Notes under the pieces: generated by a model | What the model was told of the DNA's origin: nothing | What the model saw: only the letters and a program-made list of their open reading frames with translations | Database searches by the model: none | In this document: piece after piece, positions 9,335 through 19,694 of the stretch | Layout of the letters: each line of letters begins with the position of its first letter | Numbering within the stretch: the first letter of the stretch is position 1 | Position numbers and translations under genes: made by a program | Assembly: GCA_902477075.1 (NCBI GenBank) | Contig: CABSFU010000001.1 | Coordinates: 94,555 to 158,554 of the forward strand | Length of the DNA stretch: 64,000 nucleotides | Direction of reading: 5' to 3' | From: an uncultured Bacillales bacterium | GTDB lineage: Bacteria; Bacillota_I; Bacilli_A; RF39; UBA660

Positions 9335-10888
9335 ATGAAAGAAAAATTTTATATTTCAACTGCAATAGCTTATGCTTCTGCAAAACCCCATATTGGAAAT
9401 ACTTACGAAATTGTTTTAGCAGATTCTATTGCTCGTTATAAAAGACTATTAGGATATGATGTTTATTTTCAAACAGGTACTGATGAACATGGGGAAAAAA
9501 TAGAAATTAAAGCTAGAGAAAAAGGAATCCAACCACAAGAATATGTAGATGAAAATTCCTTAGAAGTTCGCAAAATTTGGGATGTTATGAATACAAGTTA
9601 TGATAAATTTATTCGTACTACAAATGCATCTCATAAGGAAATGGTAGCTAAAATTTTTAAAAAGTTATATGATCAGGGAGATATTTATAAAGGAATTTAT
9701 CAAGGCCTTTATTGTACACCTTGTGAGTCTTTCTGGACAGAAACACAGTTAGTAGACGGCAAATGTCCTGATTGTGGCAGAGAAGTACATGTCGCAGAAG
9801 AAGAGGCTTATTTCTTTAAATTGAGCAATTATAGTAAAAGATTAGAAGAATATATTGAAACACACCCAGAATTTATTAAACCTGAAAGTAGAAAAAATGA
9901 AATCGTAAATAACTTTATAAAACCAGGGTTACAAGACCTTTGTGTATCTCGTACATCATTTGACTGGGGTATTCCAGTATCATTTGATGATAAACATGTT
10001 ATTTATGTATGGATTGATGCTTTAAGCAACTATATTACTTTCTTAGGATATGATGTAGATGGTAATCATTCAGAAGAATTTAAAAAATATTGGCCAGCTG
10101 ATATTCATTTAATCGGTAAAGATATTTTACGTTTTCACACAATTTATTGGCCAATTATGTTGATGGCTTTAAATTTACCACTTCCAAAACAAGTTTTCGG
10201 TCATCCATGGGTATTGTTTGGAAATGACAAGATGAGTAAATCGAAAGGAAATATTTTATATGCTGATGATTTAGTAAAAGAATTTGGTGTAGATGCTATT
10301 CGTTATTATTTACTTCATGAAATACCTTATTCTAATGATGGATCAATTACTTATGAATTAATTATTGATCGTATCAATTCTGATTTAGCAAATATTTTAG
10401 GAAATTTAGTAAACCGTACGATTTCTATGTGTCAAAAATATTTTAATGGAATCGTCTATGAACCAACTACTTACACTGAATTAGACTTAGAATTAAGAGA
10501 TATGGTAATGTCTTTACCTAATAAAGTAAAAGCAAAAATGGATGATTTGAGAGTAGCAGAAGCTATTGATGAGATATTTGAGGTATTAAGAAGATGTAAT
10601 AAATATATAGATGAAACAACTCCATGGATTTTAGCAAAAGAACAAAATGAGGAAAGGTTAAAAACAGTATTGTATACATTACTAGAATCAATTAGAAGTT
10701 GCGCTGTAATGTTGCAACCATTTTTACCAGATACAGCAGATGAAATTTTTAAACAATTAAATACAGAAAACAGATATATTGACAGTATTAATTTTAAAGG
10801 AATGGATCCATTAATTAAATTGAATGAACCAACTCCTTTATTCTTAAGAATTGATAAAGAAAAAAAATTACAAGAATTATCTAAATAG
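9335..10888 (+). CDS. metG: methionine--tRNA ligase (short form)
   Basis: HIGN (HIGH-type) motif, CxxC...CxDC zinc knuckle and KMSKS motif; RBS GGAGGA. Confidence 0.9.
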   Translation: MKEKFYISTAIAYASAKPHIGNTYEIVLADSIARYKRLLGYDVYFQTGTDEHGEKIEIKAREKGIQPQEYVDENSLEVRKIWDVMNTSYDKFIRTTNASHKEMVAKIFKKLYDQGDIYKGIYQGLYCTPCESFWTETQLVDGKCPDCGREVHVAEEEAYFFKLSNYSKRLEEYIETHPEFIKPESRKNEIVNNFIKPGLQDLCVSRTSFDWGIPVSFDDKHVIYVWIDALSNYITFLGYDVDGNHSEEFKKYWPADIHLIGKDILRFHTIYWPIMLMALNLPLPKQVFGHPWVLFGNDKMSKSKGNILYADDLVKEFGVDAIRYYLLHEIPYSNDGSITYELIIDRINSDLANILGNLVNRTISMCQKYFNGIVYEPTTYTELDLELRDMVMSLPNKVKAKMDDLRVAEAIDEIFEVLRRCNKYIDETTPWILAKEQNEERLKTVLYTLLESIRSCAVMLQPFLPDTADEIFKQLNTENRYIDSINFKGMDPLIKLNEPTPLFLRIDKEKKLQELSK

Positions 10889-10974
10889 TGTAAATTGTTG
10901 TAAAATGTCGAAGATTTCTAATTGAGCTTTTTACTATGGTATGTTATAGTAAATTTGTGCTTAAGGAGGAAATA

Positions 10975-11115
10975 TGTCATTTCATAAACTAAAGGAAAAT
11001 AGGTATGCTGTTGCTTTTGGAGTACTTATCTTTGTTTTAGTATTATGTAGTTTGATTACTGACTTTAATGTATATGATTTAGGATATCTGATCTTCGCAT
11101 TTATTTGGTTGTTAA
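10975..11115 (+). CDS. small hydrophobic peptide (46 aa), hypothetical
   Basis: Strong RBS TAAGGAGGAAATATG; single predicted TM segment; too short for the ORF track. Confidence 0.2.
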
Positions 11116-11236
11116 GATATTTATATATATGCAAAAAAGATTGACTTTTTATAGTCAATTTTTTTTTATAAAAGTATTGTGTCGTAAATATAAATTGTAT
11201 ATACTTAAAATATCAAAAGGAAAAAGGAGTAATAAT

Positions 11237-11980
11237 ATGTATATAGATACCCATTGTCATTTAGACAGTAGAGAATGTGAAAATATAGAGGAAATCATAA
11301 AAAATATTGAAAATAATATTATTATAGTAAGTGGCTATGATGATTTATCTAATCAAGAAGTAATTGAAATGATAAATCAATATCCTAATGTGTATGGTAC
11401 TATTGGTATTCATCCTAGTGAAGTGACAAGTTCTCATCTATCTATAGTAGAGCAATATATCACTAATTCAAAAATAGTAGGAATTGGAGAAATAGGTCTA
11501 GACTATCATTATGGAAAAGAAAATATCTATTTACAGAAAGAAATTTTTCAAAAACAAATTGAACTGGCTAGAAAATATCACAAACCAGTCGTAATTCATA
11601 GTAGAGACGCCGCACAAGATACATTAGAAATTATCAAAAATAATGCCGATGTAGAATATATTATGCATTGTTATAGCTATAGTGTTGAAATAGCCAAACA
11701 ATTATTAAAATATTCTGTCAAATTTGGTATTGGTGGTGTCCTTACTTTTAAAAATAGCAAAGAAATTAAAGAAGTTGTAAAAATGTTACCAATTGATAAA
11801 ATAGTCTTAGAAACAGATAGTCCATGGTTAACTCCGGAACCTTATAGAGGTCAAAAAAATGAGCCTAAAAATGTTGTTTTAGTAGCAAAAAAAATAGCAG
11901 AAATAAAAGAAATATCTTTAGATGAAGTATTAGAAAAGACAACAAAAACGGCAATTAAACAATTTGACTTGCCCATCTAA
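11237..11980 (+). CDS. tatD: TatD-family metal-dependent DNase/hydrolase
   Basis: MYIDTHCHLD and GEIGLDYH motifs; follows metG as in Bacillus (metS-yabD). Confidence 0.8.
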   Translation: MYIDTHCHLDSRECENIEEIIKNIENNIIIVSGYDDLSNQEVIEMINQYPNVYGTIGIHPSEVTSSHLSIVEQYITNSKIVGIGEIGLDYHYGKENIYLQKEIFQKQIELARKYHKPVVIHSRDAAQDTLEIIKNNADVEYIMHCYSYSVEIAKQLLKYSVKFGIGGVLTFKNSKEIKEVVKMLPIDKIVLETDSPWLTPEPYRGQKNEPKNVVLVAKKIAEIKEISLDEVLEKTTKTAIKQFDLPI

Positions 11981-12019
11981 TTATGTTACAATTTGAATGT
12001 AGTAGAGGTGAAAATAAAC

Positions 12020-12718
12020 ATGTATTTACTTGATTTTTTAGGTAAAATATTGAGTTTTATTATCATAAGCATAAATGCTTTTTTCAATGTGGATATTTAT
12101 AAAGAAAGCCAAGTAGAAATAGACAATGCAAATAAAGATAGAGATATAAGTATTACTAATTATGTCGAAAAACATGCTACTACATATATTTATAATAATA
12201 AAATGCCTTCTAATGAATCAAAAATAATAACAGAAGGAATTGATAGAATTACCTATACTGTAATGGGAAATAATGAAATAAAAGTATTACAAGAAGGTGT
12301 TACAGAGGTCATAGAAAAAGGAACAGGTGCTTATGGTATTTTTACTGGCAAATTGACTGGTTATAGTGCAGAATGTAAAGGTTGTTCTAAAGAGGGATAT
12401 GTTGCCTGCTTGACGCAAGAAAAACAAAAATTTAGTCTTATAAAAGACGGATTATATTATGAAGATAGTGAATATGGCAAAGTTAGAGTAGTAGCAGCAG
12501 CTAGTCAAAAGTTTCCTTGTGGGACTATTATTGAGATTACAAAAACAAACAATGAACCTTATTATACCGTTGTAATGGATAGGGGTTCTGCCATGAATAA
12601 AGCTTGGAGTCAAGGTGGCGTGGTAATAGATTTGTCATTTGATTCCAATGAATCTGCAATTTCTAGCGATTTAACAGGAAAAAACATAACATTTAAAGTA
12701 AAAAGATGGGGTTGGTAA
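12020..12718 (+). CDS. 3D-domain (YuiC/MltA-like) cell-wall protein with N-terminal signal/TM
   Basis: C-terminal GTGAYG...D...DRGSAM 3D-domain signature. Confidence 0.55.
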   Translation: MYLLDFLGKILSFIIISINAFFNVDIYKESQVEIDNANKDRDISITNYVEKHATTYIYNNKMPSNESKIITEGIDRITYTVMGNNEIKVLQEGVTEVIEKGTGAYGIFTGKLTGYSAECKGCSKEGYVACLTQEKQKFSLIKDGLYYEDSEYGKVRVVAAASQKFPCGTIIEITKTNNEPYYTVVMDRGSAMNKAWSQGGVVIDLSFDSNESAISSDLTGKNITFKVKRWGW

Positions 12719-12834
12719 ATCCCTTTTTTAAATTTATGAAAATAATCGCAATAATTAAAATAAAAATAATCTACCAATTTTATATAAACTATGATAAAAT
12801 AGATAATAGTTAAGAAGTAGAAAATGGTGATATT

Positions 12835-13620
12835 ATGGGTAAAGTAATAGCTTTAGTAAATCAAAAAGGTGGGGTAGGAAAAACAACATCTAGTATTAAT
12901 CTAGCTGCTTCTTTAGGATACCTAAAAAAAAGAGTATTATTAGTGGATCTTGATCCACAAGGAAATGCTACAACTGGTGTAGGAATTGAAAAATCTGATT
13001 ATGATAAAAGTATGTATGAACTTTTAAAAGGAGATGCCGAAATCGGCGACGTCATTATCAAAACGAAATTTAAAAATTTATATATTATTCCAGCTACAAT
13101 TAATTTAGCTGGTGTTGATTTTGAATTGATAGAAAAACATAACCAAGATTCTACCTTTGTAAAGGGTAGTCAATTAAAAAAACATTTAGATGAAGTAAAA
13201 GATCAATTTGACTATATCATTATTGATTGCCCACCATCCTTAGGTGTTTTAACAACAAATGCTTTAACAGCAGCAAATTCTGTTATTATTCCAATTCAAT
13301 GTGAATTCTTTGCTTTGGAAGGGGTTATGCAGTTATTAAATACGATTATTTTAGCACAAAAAAATATCAATCCAACATTAGGAATAGAAGGCGTTTTACT
13401 TACTATGTTAGATTGCAGAACTAATTTAGGATTAGAAGTAGTGGAAGATATTAAAAGTTATTTTAAAGAAAGTGTTTATGATACTATTATTCCAAGACTT
13501 ATTAAATTAGCAGAAGCACCAAGTCATGGAAAACCAATTATAGCTTATGCACCAGATCATATAGGAGCAGAAGCTTATCTTAATTTAGCAAAGGAAGTGA
13601 TTGCAAGAAATGGAAACTAA
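12835..13620 (+). CDS. parA: chromosome partitioning ATPase ParA/Soj
   Basis: Deviant Walker A NQKGGVGKTT. Confidence 0.85.
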   Translation: MGKVIALVNQKGGVGKTTSSINLAASLGYLKKRVLLVDLDPQGNATTGVGIEKSDYDKSMYELLKGDAEIGDVIIKTKFKNLYIIPATINLAGVDFELIEKHNQDSTFVKGSQLKKHLDEVKDQFDYIIIDCPPSLGVLTTNALTAANSVIIPIQCEFFALEGVMQLLNTIILAQKNINPTLGIEGVLLTMLDCRTNLGLEVVEDIKSYFKESVYDTIIPRLIKLAEAPSHGKPIIAYAPDHIGAEAYLNLAKEVIARNGN

Positions 13621-14491
13621 AAAAAGAGCACTAGGTAGAGGTTTAGAAGAATTATTTAACAATGAAAATTTAGATTTAAATAGTTTTGAAAAACAAGTTT
13701 ATGAAACTGCAACACATGAGGAAATTATTGAAATTTCCCTAAAAGAATTAAGACCAAATCCATATCAACCTAGAAAAGTATTTGATGAGGAAGCTTTAAA
13801 AGAATTGGCTTCTTCTATTAAAGAACATGGCGTTTTTCAACCAATTATTGTAAAAAGAAGTATTAAGGGTTATGAAATTATAGCAGGTGAAAGAAGGTAC
13901 CGTGCTTCTCAATTAGCCGGAAAAGAAACTATTCCAGCTATTGTGCGTGAATTAACAGATGAAACAATGATGGAAATTGCCCTACTAGAAAATTTACAAA
14001 GAGAAAATTTAACTGCTATAGAAGAAGCATATGCTTATAAAAATATGTTAGAAAAATTGGGCTTAACACAAGAAGAATTAGCTACTAAAGTGGGAAAAAG
14101 TAGAAGTCATATTACTAATATTTTAGGGTTAATTCGTCTACCAAAAGAAGTTCAATCAATGATTGCAAAACAAGAAATATCTATGGGACATGCCAGAATT
14201 TTGAGTAAATTAAATGATGAAGGAAAAATAAAAGATTTAGCAAATCGTATTACCAATGAAAAGTTGTCGGTTCGTGAGGTAGAAGAGTTATCTAACGAAA
14301 ATCATTTAGAAAGAAAAGTTAAGATAGAACGTAAACCAAAAGAATCTACACAAGATTATAAATATGTAGAAGAAATATTAAGAGATAAGTTGGATACAAA
14401 GGTAAAAATTAAAGATAAAAAGATAGAAATATCATTCACTAGCATAGCAGATTTAAATCGAATAATTGAAATAATCAACGAAAGAAATTAG
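13610..14491 (+). CDS. parB: chromosome partitioning protein ParB/Spo0J
   Basis: GERRYRA ParB box and HTH; overlaps the parA stop. Confidence 0.85.
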   Translation: METKKRALGRGLEELFNNENLDLNSFEKQVYETATHEEIIEISLKELRPNPYQPRKVFDEEALKELASSIKEHGVFQPIIVKRSIKGYEIIAGERRYRASQLAGKETIPAIVRELTDETMMEIALLENLQRENLTAIEEAYAYKNMLEKLGLTQEELATKVGKSRSHITNILGLIRLPKEVQSMIAKQEISMGHARILSKLNDEGKIKDLANRITNEKLSVREVEELSNENHLERKVKIERKPKESTQDYKYVEEILRDKLDTKVKIKDKKIEISFTSIADLNRIIEIINERN

Positions 14492-14499
14492 GTGAGGAT

Positions 14500-15291
14500 A
14501 TGCTTGAAAAAATTTTGTCAAAAGAGGTTATAGCGCCAATTGTGATAGCTGTTAGCTTTTTTGTTATCTATAAAATTCTTAGTAGAATTGTGAAAAAGAT
14601 TGCCGCTATTAAAATGGGACATGTAAATGATAAACGAAAAAAAACAATCATTAGTTTAATTAATAATATTATTAAATACACTTTTTTACTTTTAGCCATT
14701 TTAATGATATTAAATATTTACAGTATTAATACCAGCGCTATTGTTGCATCTTTTGGGGCTGTTAGTTTAGTGGCAGGACTTGCTTTACAAGATACTTTAA
14801 AAGATTTTTTATCAGGTCTTTCTATTATTTTTGAAAATCAATATGCGATAGGAGACACAGTAACGATAGGTGGTTTTAAAGGAGAAGTCATCTCATTAGG
14901 ATTAAAATCTACCAGAATTAAAGCTTATACAGGAGAAGTTAAAATTATTTCTAACAGAAATATTTGTGAAGTAATCAATCATACGATTGCCTTTTCCTTA
15001 GCACAAGTAGATGTTCAGGTTTCTTATGAAGATGATATAAAGAAAGTAAAAAAGGTTTTAGATGAACTATGTATTAGATTAAGCAAAGAATTACCAGACT
15101 TAAAAGAAGATATTAAGTGCTTAGGTATTAATTCACTAGATGAATCTGGTATTACGTTTAGAGTAGAAGCTAAAACAAACCCCTTAAAACATTATGGAAT
15201 CGAAAGAATACTATATAAAGAAATTAAATTAGAACTGGATAAGAATGGAATTACAATTCCATATCAACAGGTGGTGATTAGAAATGCCTGA
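14500..15291 (+). CDS. small-conductance mechanosensitive channel (MscS family)
   Basis: TM3 plus beta-domain signature ...GLALQDTLKDFLSG...IGD.V.IGG..G.V. Confidence 0.75.
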   Translation: MLEKILSKEVIAPIVIAVSFFVIYKILSRIVKKIAAIKMGHVNDKRKKTIISLINNIIKYTFLLLAILMILNIYSINTSAIVASFGAVSLVAGLALQDTLKDFLSGLSIIFENQYAIGDTVTIGGFKGEVISLGLKSTRIKAYTGEVKIISNRNICEVINHTIAFSLAQVDVQVSYEDDIKKVKKVLDELCIRLSKELPDLKEDIKCLGINSLDESGITFRVEAKTNPLKHYGIERILYKEIKLELDKNGITIPYQQVVIRNA

Positions 15292-15463
15292 ATATCAATT
15301 AGGAAGTATTGTAATTATGAAAAAACAGCACCCTTGTGGTACAAATCAATGGGAAATTACCAGAATTGGTGCGGATATTAAAATTAAATGTTTAAATTGT
15401 GGTAGGACTATTATGTTACCTAGAATAGAATTTAACAAAAAATTAAAAAAAGTAGTGAAGTAG
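15284..15463 (+). CDS. DUF951-like small Cys-containing protein (59 aa)
   Basis: Overlaps the mscS stop; CGTNQW...CLNCG motif; conserved origin-region small ORF in Firmicutes. Confidence 0.45.
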   Translation: MPEYQLGSIVIMKKQHPCGTNQWEITRIGADIKIKCLNCGRTIMLPRIEFNKKLKKVVK

Positions 15464-15471
15464 GAGGAAAT

Positions 15472-16998
15472 ATGGCAAAGAAGAAAAAAACAAAGAAATA
15501 TGGACCCGTCTTTATTATTTTTATTATCTTAGCGATTTTATCAATTTTAAGTCTTCTATTTTCTGTACTTAATATAGAAGCTTATAAAACAGTCATCGCT
15601 AATAATACATTGGAATCACAATTAGTGACTGTAAGAAATATTATTAGTATTGATGGTATTCAATATTTATTTGGTAATATAGTAAATAATTTTAAAAACT
15701 TTGAACCATTAGTTCTATTTATTATATTTTTATTAGGGTTAGGTATTTGTGAAAGAAGTGGTTTAATAGATGCCATTATTTCTCCATTTAAAAAGATAAA
15801 AATAAATGTTGTTATTTTTATTACCTTATTTTTAGGAATTATTGCTTCTTTCTTTGGTGATATTAGTTATATTGTTTTAATTCCACTTACTGGTGTCATT
15901 TATAAATATTTAGATAAAAATCCAACTTTAGGTATTTTAACCGCTTTTATTGGTATTACAATTGGATATGGAACTGGAATTATCTTTAACTATAATGATC
16001 ATTTAATTGGTACTTTAACACAAGCATCCGCAACGTTAGAGGTAGATAAAAATTATAAGTTTAGTTTACTTTCAAATTTATATATTATGTGGTTTTCTAC
16101 TTTGTTAATTACTTGTTTAGGAAGTATTTTTATTAATAAGTTTTTAGCACCAAAAATAAATAAAAAATATGAATATGAAAAAGAAGAACTGGTAATAGAT
16201 AAGAATGCTAAAAAAGTTAGTATGATTGCTTTTTTTGTAACTGTATTATTTATTCTTTATTTTATATTACCAATTAATTTACCTTTTTCAGGTATTCTTT
16301 TAGACAAAAATTCTACTAGATATATTGATCAATTGTTTGGAAGTAATTCCCCATTTGGAAATGGAATTATTGTTATTATTAGTTCTGTTTTCACACTTTG
16401 TGGCTTTATTTATGGTAAAAAATCTGGAAATATTAAAAATAGTCATGATTTTAGTTTAGGTTTATCAAAGAGTTTTGAAAATTTAGGATTTTTATTTGTA
16501 TTATTATTTTTTGCTTCTCAGATACCAGCTATAGTAGAATGGACAAATTTAGGTACTGTTATTGGAGCTAGATTAATAGAATTTATAGGAAGTTTACAAT
16601 TATCGGGTATTTTACTAATTGTATTGTTTATTTTGATTACTATTATTATCAGTATATTAATACCAGATACACTAACAAAATGGGAGTTGATGTCTCCTAC
16701 AATTGTTCCTTTATTTATGCAAGCAAATATTACACCAAATTTTGTTAATTTTATTTTTAAAGTAGCGGATAGCATTGGTAAATGTTTCAGTCCATTGTTT
16801 GTTTATTTTATTGTAACATTAGCTTTTCTAGAAAAGTATCGAGATAAAGACAGTGAGAGATATCAAATTAGTTATTTTGGAACTTATAAAATTATTTTAC
16901 CAGTAATGCTTGTAATGGCTATTATTTGGATACTAATTATTGTTTTCTGGTATTTAATAGGATTCCCAATTGGAGTTGGAAACTATTCGACATTGTAA
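15472..16998 (+). CDS. AbgT-family (p-aminobenzoyl-glutamate/antimetabolite) transporter
   Basis: 508-aa polytopic membrane protein with an AbgT-like N-terminus; RBS TAGGAGGAAATATG. Confidence 0.65.
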   Translation: MAKKKKTKKYGPVFIIFIILAILSILSLLFSVLNIEAYKTVIANNTLESQLVTVRNIISIDGIQYLFGNIVNNFKNFEPLVLFIIFLLGLGICERSGLIDAIISPFKKIKINVVIFITLFLGIIASFFGDISYIVLIPLTGVIYKYLDKNPTLGILTAFIGITIGYGTGIIFNYNDHLIGTLTQASATLEVDKNYKFSLLSNLYIMWFSTLLITCLGSIFINKFLAPKINKKYEYEKEELVIDKNAKKVSMIAFFVTVLFILYFILPINLPFSGILLDKNSTRYIDQLFGSNSPFGNGIIVIISSVFTLCGFIYGKKSGNIKNSHDFSLGLSKSFENLGFLFVLLFFASQIPAIVEWTNLGTVIGARLIEFIGSLQLSGILLIVLFILITIIISILIPDTLTKWELMSPTIVPLFMQANITPNFVNFIFKVADSIGKCFSPLFVYFIVTLAFLEKYRDKDSERYQISYFGTYKIILPVMLVMAIIWILIIVFWYLIGFPIGVGNYSTL

Positions 16999-17051
16999 TA
17001 GATGAAAAATGTATTAAAATTTAAATAAGAGATTTAGGAGAAATTAGTTTT

Positions 17052-17348
17052 ATGTTAATGTCAGCTATTTTATCTGCAATTTGCATTTATTTTCAGTATA
17101 TAGAATTTGAAAAAAAAGGTTTCATAGGAGGTTTTTTTGTAAAAATAATTTTTCTTGTGTTAAATTTATTTTTAATAGGAAAGATAAAGACTTTAGCTTT
17201 ATTTGTTTGGCTTGTATATATAGTTAAAATATTAATTTTATGTTTTATTGAATATGCAATGTATAATAGAACAAGAAATATGATGTCATGGATCATCTCT
17301 TGTTTTATTATAGAACTTATTATTGAAATAGTATTAAGGTTTATTTAA
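17052..17348 (+). CDS. small membrane protein, hypothetical
   Basis: RBS TTAGGAGAAA; three predicted TM segments. Confidence 0.3.
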   Translation: MLMSAILSAICIYFQYIEFEKKGFIGGFFVKIIFLVLNLFLIGKIKTLALFVWLVYIVKILILCFIEYAMYNRTRNMMSWIISCFIIELIIEIVLRFI

Positions 17349-17396
17349 CTAAATAAATTTTAATATAAATCAAATTCTGAATCACAAAATTAGACT

Positions 17397-18044
17397 TTAT
17401 GGTCTTTTTTTTGTTAACTTTTTACTTATTTCATATGTAACATTTGTTTTTTCATTTACTTTTATATCAAATAAATCATATATATTTTTACAATCAGAAC
17501 CATTTTTAACAAAATGCAAATAAATACTTTTAAAAAGTTTCATTAATTCTTTTTTATTAGCTATTTTTAATCTCTCTTTTTCATAATTTACTATTTTATA
17601 AGCATCTGGATCTATTAAAATAATTTTATCCTTTGTTAATATTGTATTTTCGTATTTAACATCATTTACTTTAATTTTATTTTTTGTTAATTCATCAAAT
17701 AGTTGTTCAATATGATTCATGTTTTCAAGCGTATAATCAACCTCTTTGTCAAAAATATTAATTTTTTCTTTTGTATAATATTTTGCAATATAACCACTTA
17801 TTTGTAATAAATCGTCATCTTTATATAGAAGGTCTAATATTTTTATCATATTTTCACTAGCTAATTGCTCCAGTACTACAAAAACATCATTATCTAATTT
17901 ATATTTATCACTTGTATAAGCAAAATATTTTTTGTAAATAGAGTCACCTATTTTATAAATGTTAGCTGTGCCCCCATATCCTATACATAGAAGTTCCTCA
18001 AAATTTAAAATCTTTATTAACTTGTCTTTTGTATATAATTGCAT
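17397..18044 (-). CDS. protein-kinase-like fold protein (YrbL/CotS-like), hypothetical
   Basis: GYGGTANIYK Gly-rich loop and LIDPDAYK; RBS AGGTGATTACAATG at 18044. The ORF-track start at 18230 is an overextension. Confidence 0.35.
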   Translation of the reverse strand: MQLYTKDKLIKILNFEELLCIGYGGTANIYKIGDSIYKKYFAYTSDKYKLDNDVFVVLEQLASENMIKILDLLYKDDDLLQISGYIAKYYTKEKINIFDKEVDYTLENMNHIEQLFDELTKNKIKVNDVKYENTILTKDKIILIDPDAYKIVNYEKERLKIANKKELMKLFKSIYLHFVKNGSDCKNIYDLFDIKVNEKTNVTYEISKKLTKKRP

Positions 18045-18155
18045 TGTAATCACCTTTAAAATTTTGCTTATTATACTATAAAAATTATTGATATACAAAT
18101 TTTTCTTGCTCTCAATAAAAAAGTATTTTATAATAGTCAAACAAGGGGGAAAATT

Positions 18156-18971
18156 TTGATGGATGATATTGTACTTGCACAACAAATAGTCGCAAATCGT
18201 TATAGAAATATAAAAAAAGATATTTATCATGATACTTCATTTATATTTGCTGCTACAAATGAAAAGATAAATTTATATTCTTCATTTTATCAAAATAAAA
18301 GTAAGATTTTATCAGTAATTGGCTCTGGTGACCAAATGTTAAATATGATATTATCTGGTTGTAAGCAAATCGATGGATTTGATATTAGTCGATTTCCAAA
18401 ATATTTTTTAGAATTAAAAAAATCAGGAATTTTATCTTTATCTAGAGATGATTATATTAATTTTTTCTTTGATATTGATTGCCATAAAAATGAACTATAT
18501 GATGATATGTATTTTGAGATGCGTAATTATTTAAAACAAGAAGATAGAAATTTTTGGGATGGATTAATCAACTTTTATGATTGGTCAGAAATTAATGAAT
18601 CTACTTTGTTTTCTTCTCAGACGGTAGTATTAGATAAAATTATTGAATACAATCCATATTTGCAAAAAGAAAATTATTTAAAATTAAAAGAATTAATATT
18701 AAATATAAAAGGTCAATATTATACTGGTAATATTCAATTATTATCTTCTAAGCTTAATTATCAATATGATTTTATTCATCTTTCTAGTATTATATATTAT
18801 GTAAATCAGTATAAAAAACTACTTTTAAATTTACCGCTTGGAGATAATGGAATGGCATTAACCTATTTATATCAAGTTACGCAAGAACTTATAGAAGGAT
18901 ATTTAGAATGTCAAATTATTCCTTTTCATCAAGAAAATGTGAAAGAAGGGGTTATGGTTTATAAAAAATAA
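18156..18971 (+). CDS. class I SAM-methyltransferase-fold-like protein, hypothetical
   Basis: ILSVIGSGDQ (motif I), GFDIS (post-I acidic residue) and YDFIHLSSII (motif II). Confidence 0.35.
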   Translation: MMDDIVLAQQIVANRYRNIKKDIYHDTSFIFAATNEKINLYSSFYQNKSKILSVIGSGDQMLNMILSGCKQIDGFDISRFPKYFLELKKSGILSLSRDDYINFFFDIDCHKNELYDDMYFEMRNYLKQEDRNFWDGLINFYDWSEINESTLFSSQTVVLDKIIEYNPYLQKENYLKLKELILNIKGQYYTGNIQLLSSKLNYQYDFIHLSSIIYYVNQYKKLLLNLPLGDNGMALTYLYQVTQELIEGYLECQIIPFHQENVKEGVMVYKK

Positions 18972-19125
18972 GTTATTTTAAAATAAATTAGTATGTTTTA
19001 GAAGATTTGATGATTAGTATAATTTAGCATTTACTATAATTATTAAAAATGAAACAAAATACATAGAAGAATGGATTTTATTTTAAAAAATTTATTTTAT
19101 TGTTATAATAGCTATATATAAATTT

Positions 19126-19578
19126 GTGCTAGTGAAAGGGATGAAATTCATGTACTTAGTGTTAGATGGTATTATTTCTGATGAATTGGAAGATTTTTTA
19201 TTAAGTCAGGAAGAAATTAAGAAAGTTGAAATTAATAGAGGCAAAATTGGAAACAAAATTCATGTGGAATATGATACTAGCACTTCTCCAGTTATTATTA
19301 TGAAATATATCGCATTGTTTGAAGAATATGAATGTTCAGAATTACTGGAGTTTGATAAAGGATTACACTGCAAAACAAGAAAAATAAAATATACAATTGA
19401 AAGTGTATGTTGTGAATATTGTTACAAGTCATTTGTAATGAAATTATTTGAAAATAAATATATTAATACATTCAAATCTAATTTTGATTTTGATAGATTT
19501 ACATCTATTATAATTGAGTTAGAATATACAAATTATAGTGAAGATGAAATAGTAGAGATAATCAAAAAAAATATATAG
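19126..19578 (+). CDS. hypothetical protein (CCEYCY cysteine cluster)
   Basis: ORF only. Confidence 0.3.
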   Translation: MLVKGMKFMYLVLDGIISDELEDFLLSQEEIKKVEINRGKIGNKIHVEYDTSTSPVIIMKYIALFEEYECSELLEFDKGLHCKTRKIKYTIESVCCEYCYKSFVMKLFENKYINTFKSNFDFDRFTSIIIELEYTNYSEDEIVEIIKKNI

Positions 19579-19694
19579 AGTAATATTTAATAAAATGTAT
19601 AGATAAATTTATTTAAATGAAAAATGTAATTTATTTTTAAATTTATCTTATACCTATTAAAAATTCATAACAAATGATATATATGGGGGTAATT

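Noticed and set aside
16518-16775. Assorted short antisense ORFs inside abgT, mfd, mreB, lgt, ssb and others (e.g. 5322-5510, 26082-26369, 33390-33695, 43856-44152, 34611-34796, 35215-35469)
   Set aside because: Each is embedded in a strongly supported gene on the opposite strand with typical AT-rich spurious composition.
17397-18230. Long 277-aa version of the kinase-like ORF overlapping the divergent gene's start
   Set aside because: An internal ATG at 18044 with an AGGTGA RBS gives a non-overlapping 215-aa protein. The upstream extension is hydrophobic read-through of the promoter region.
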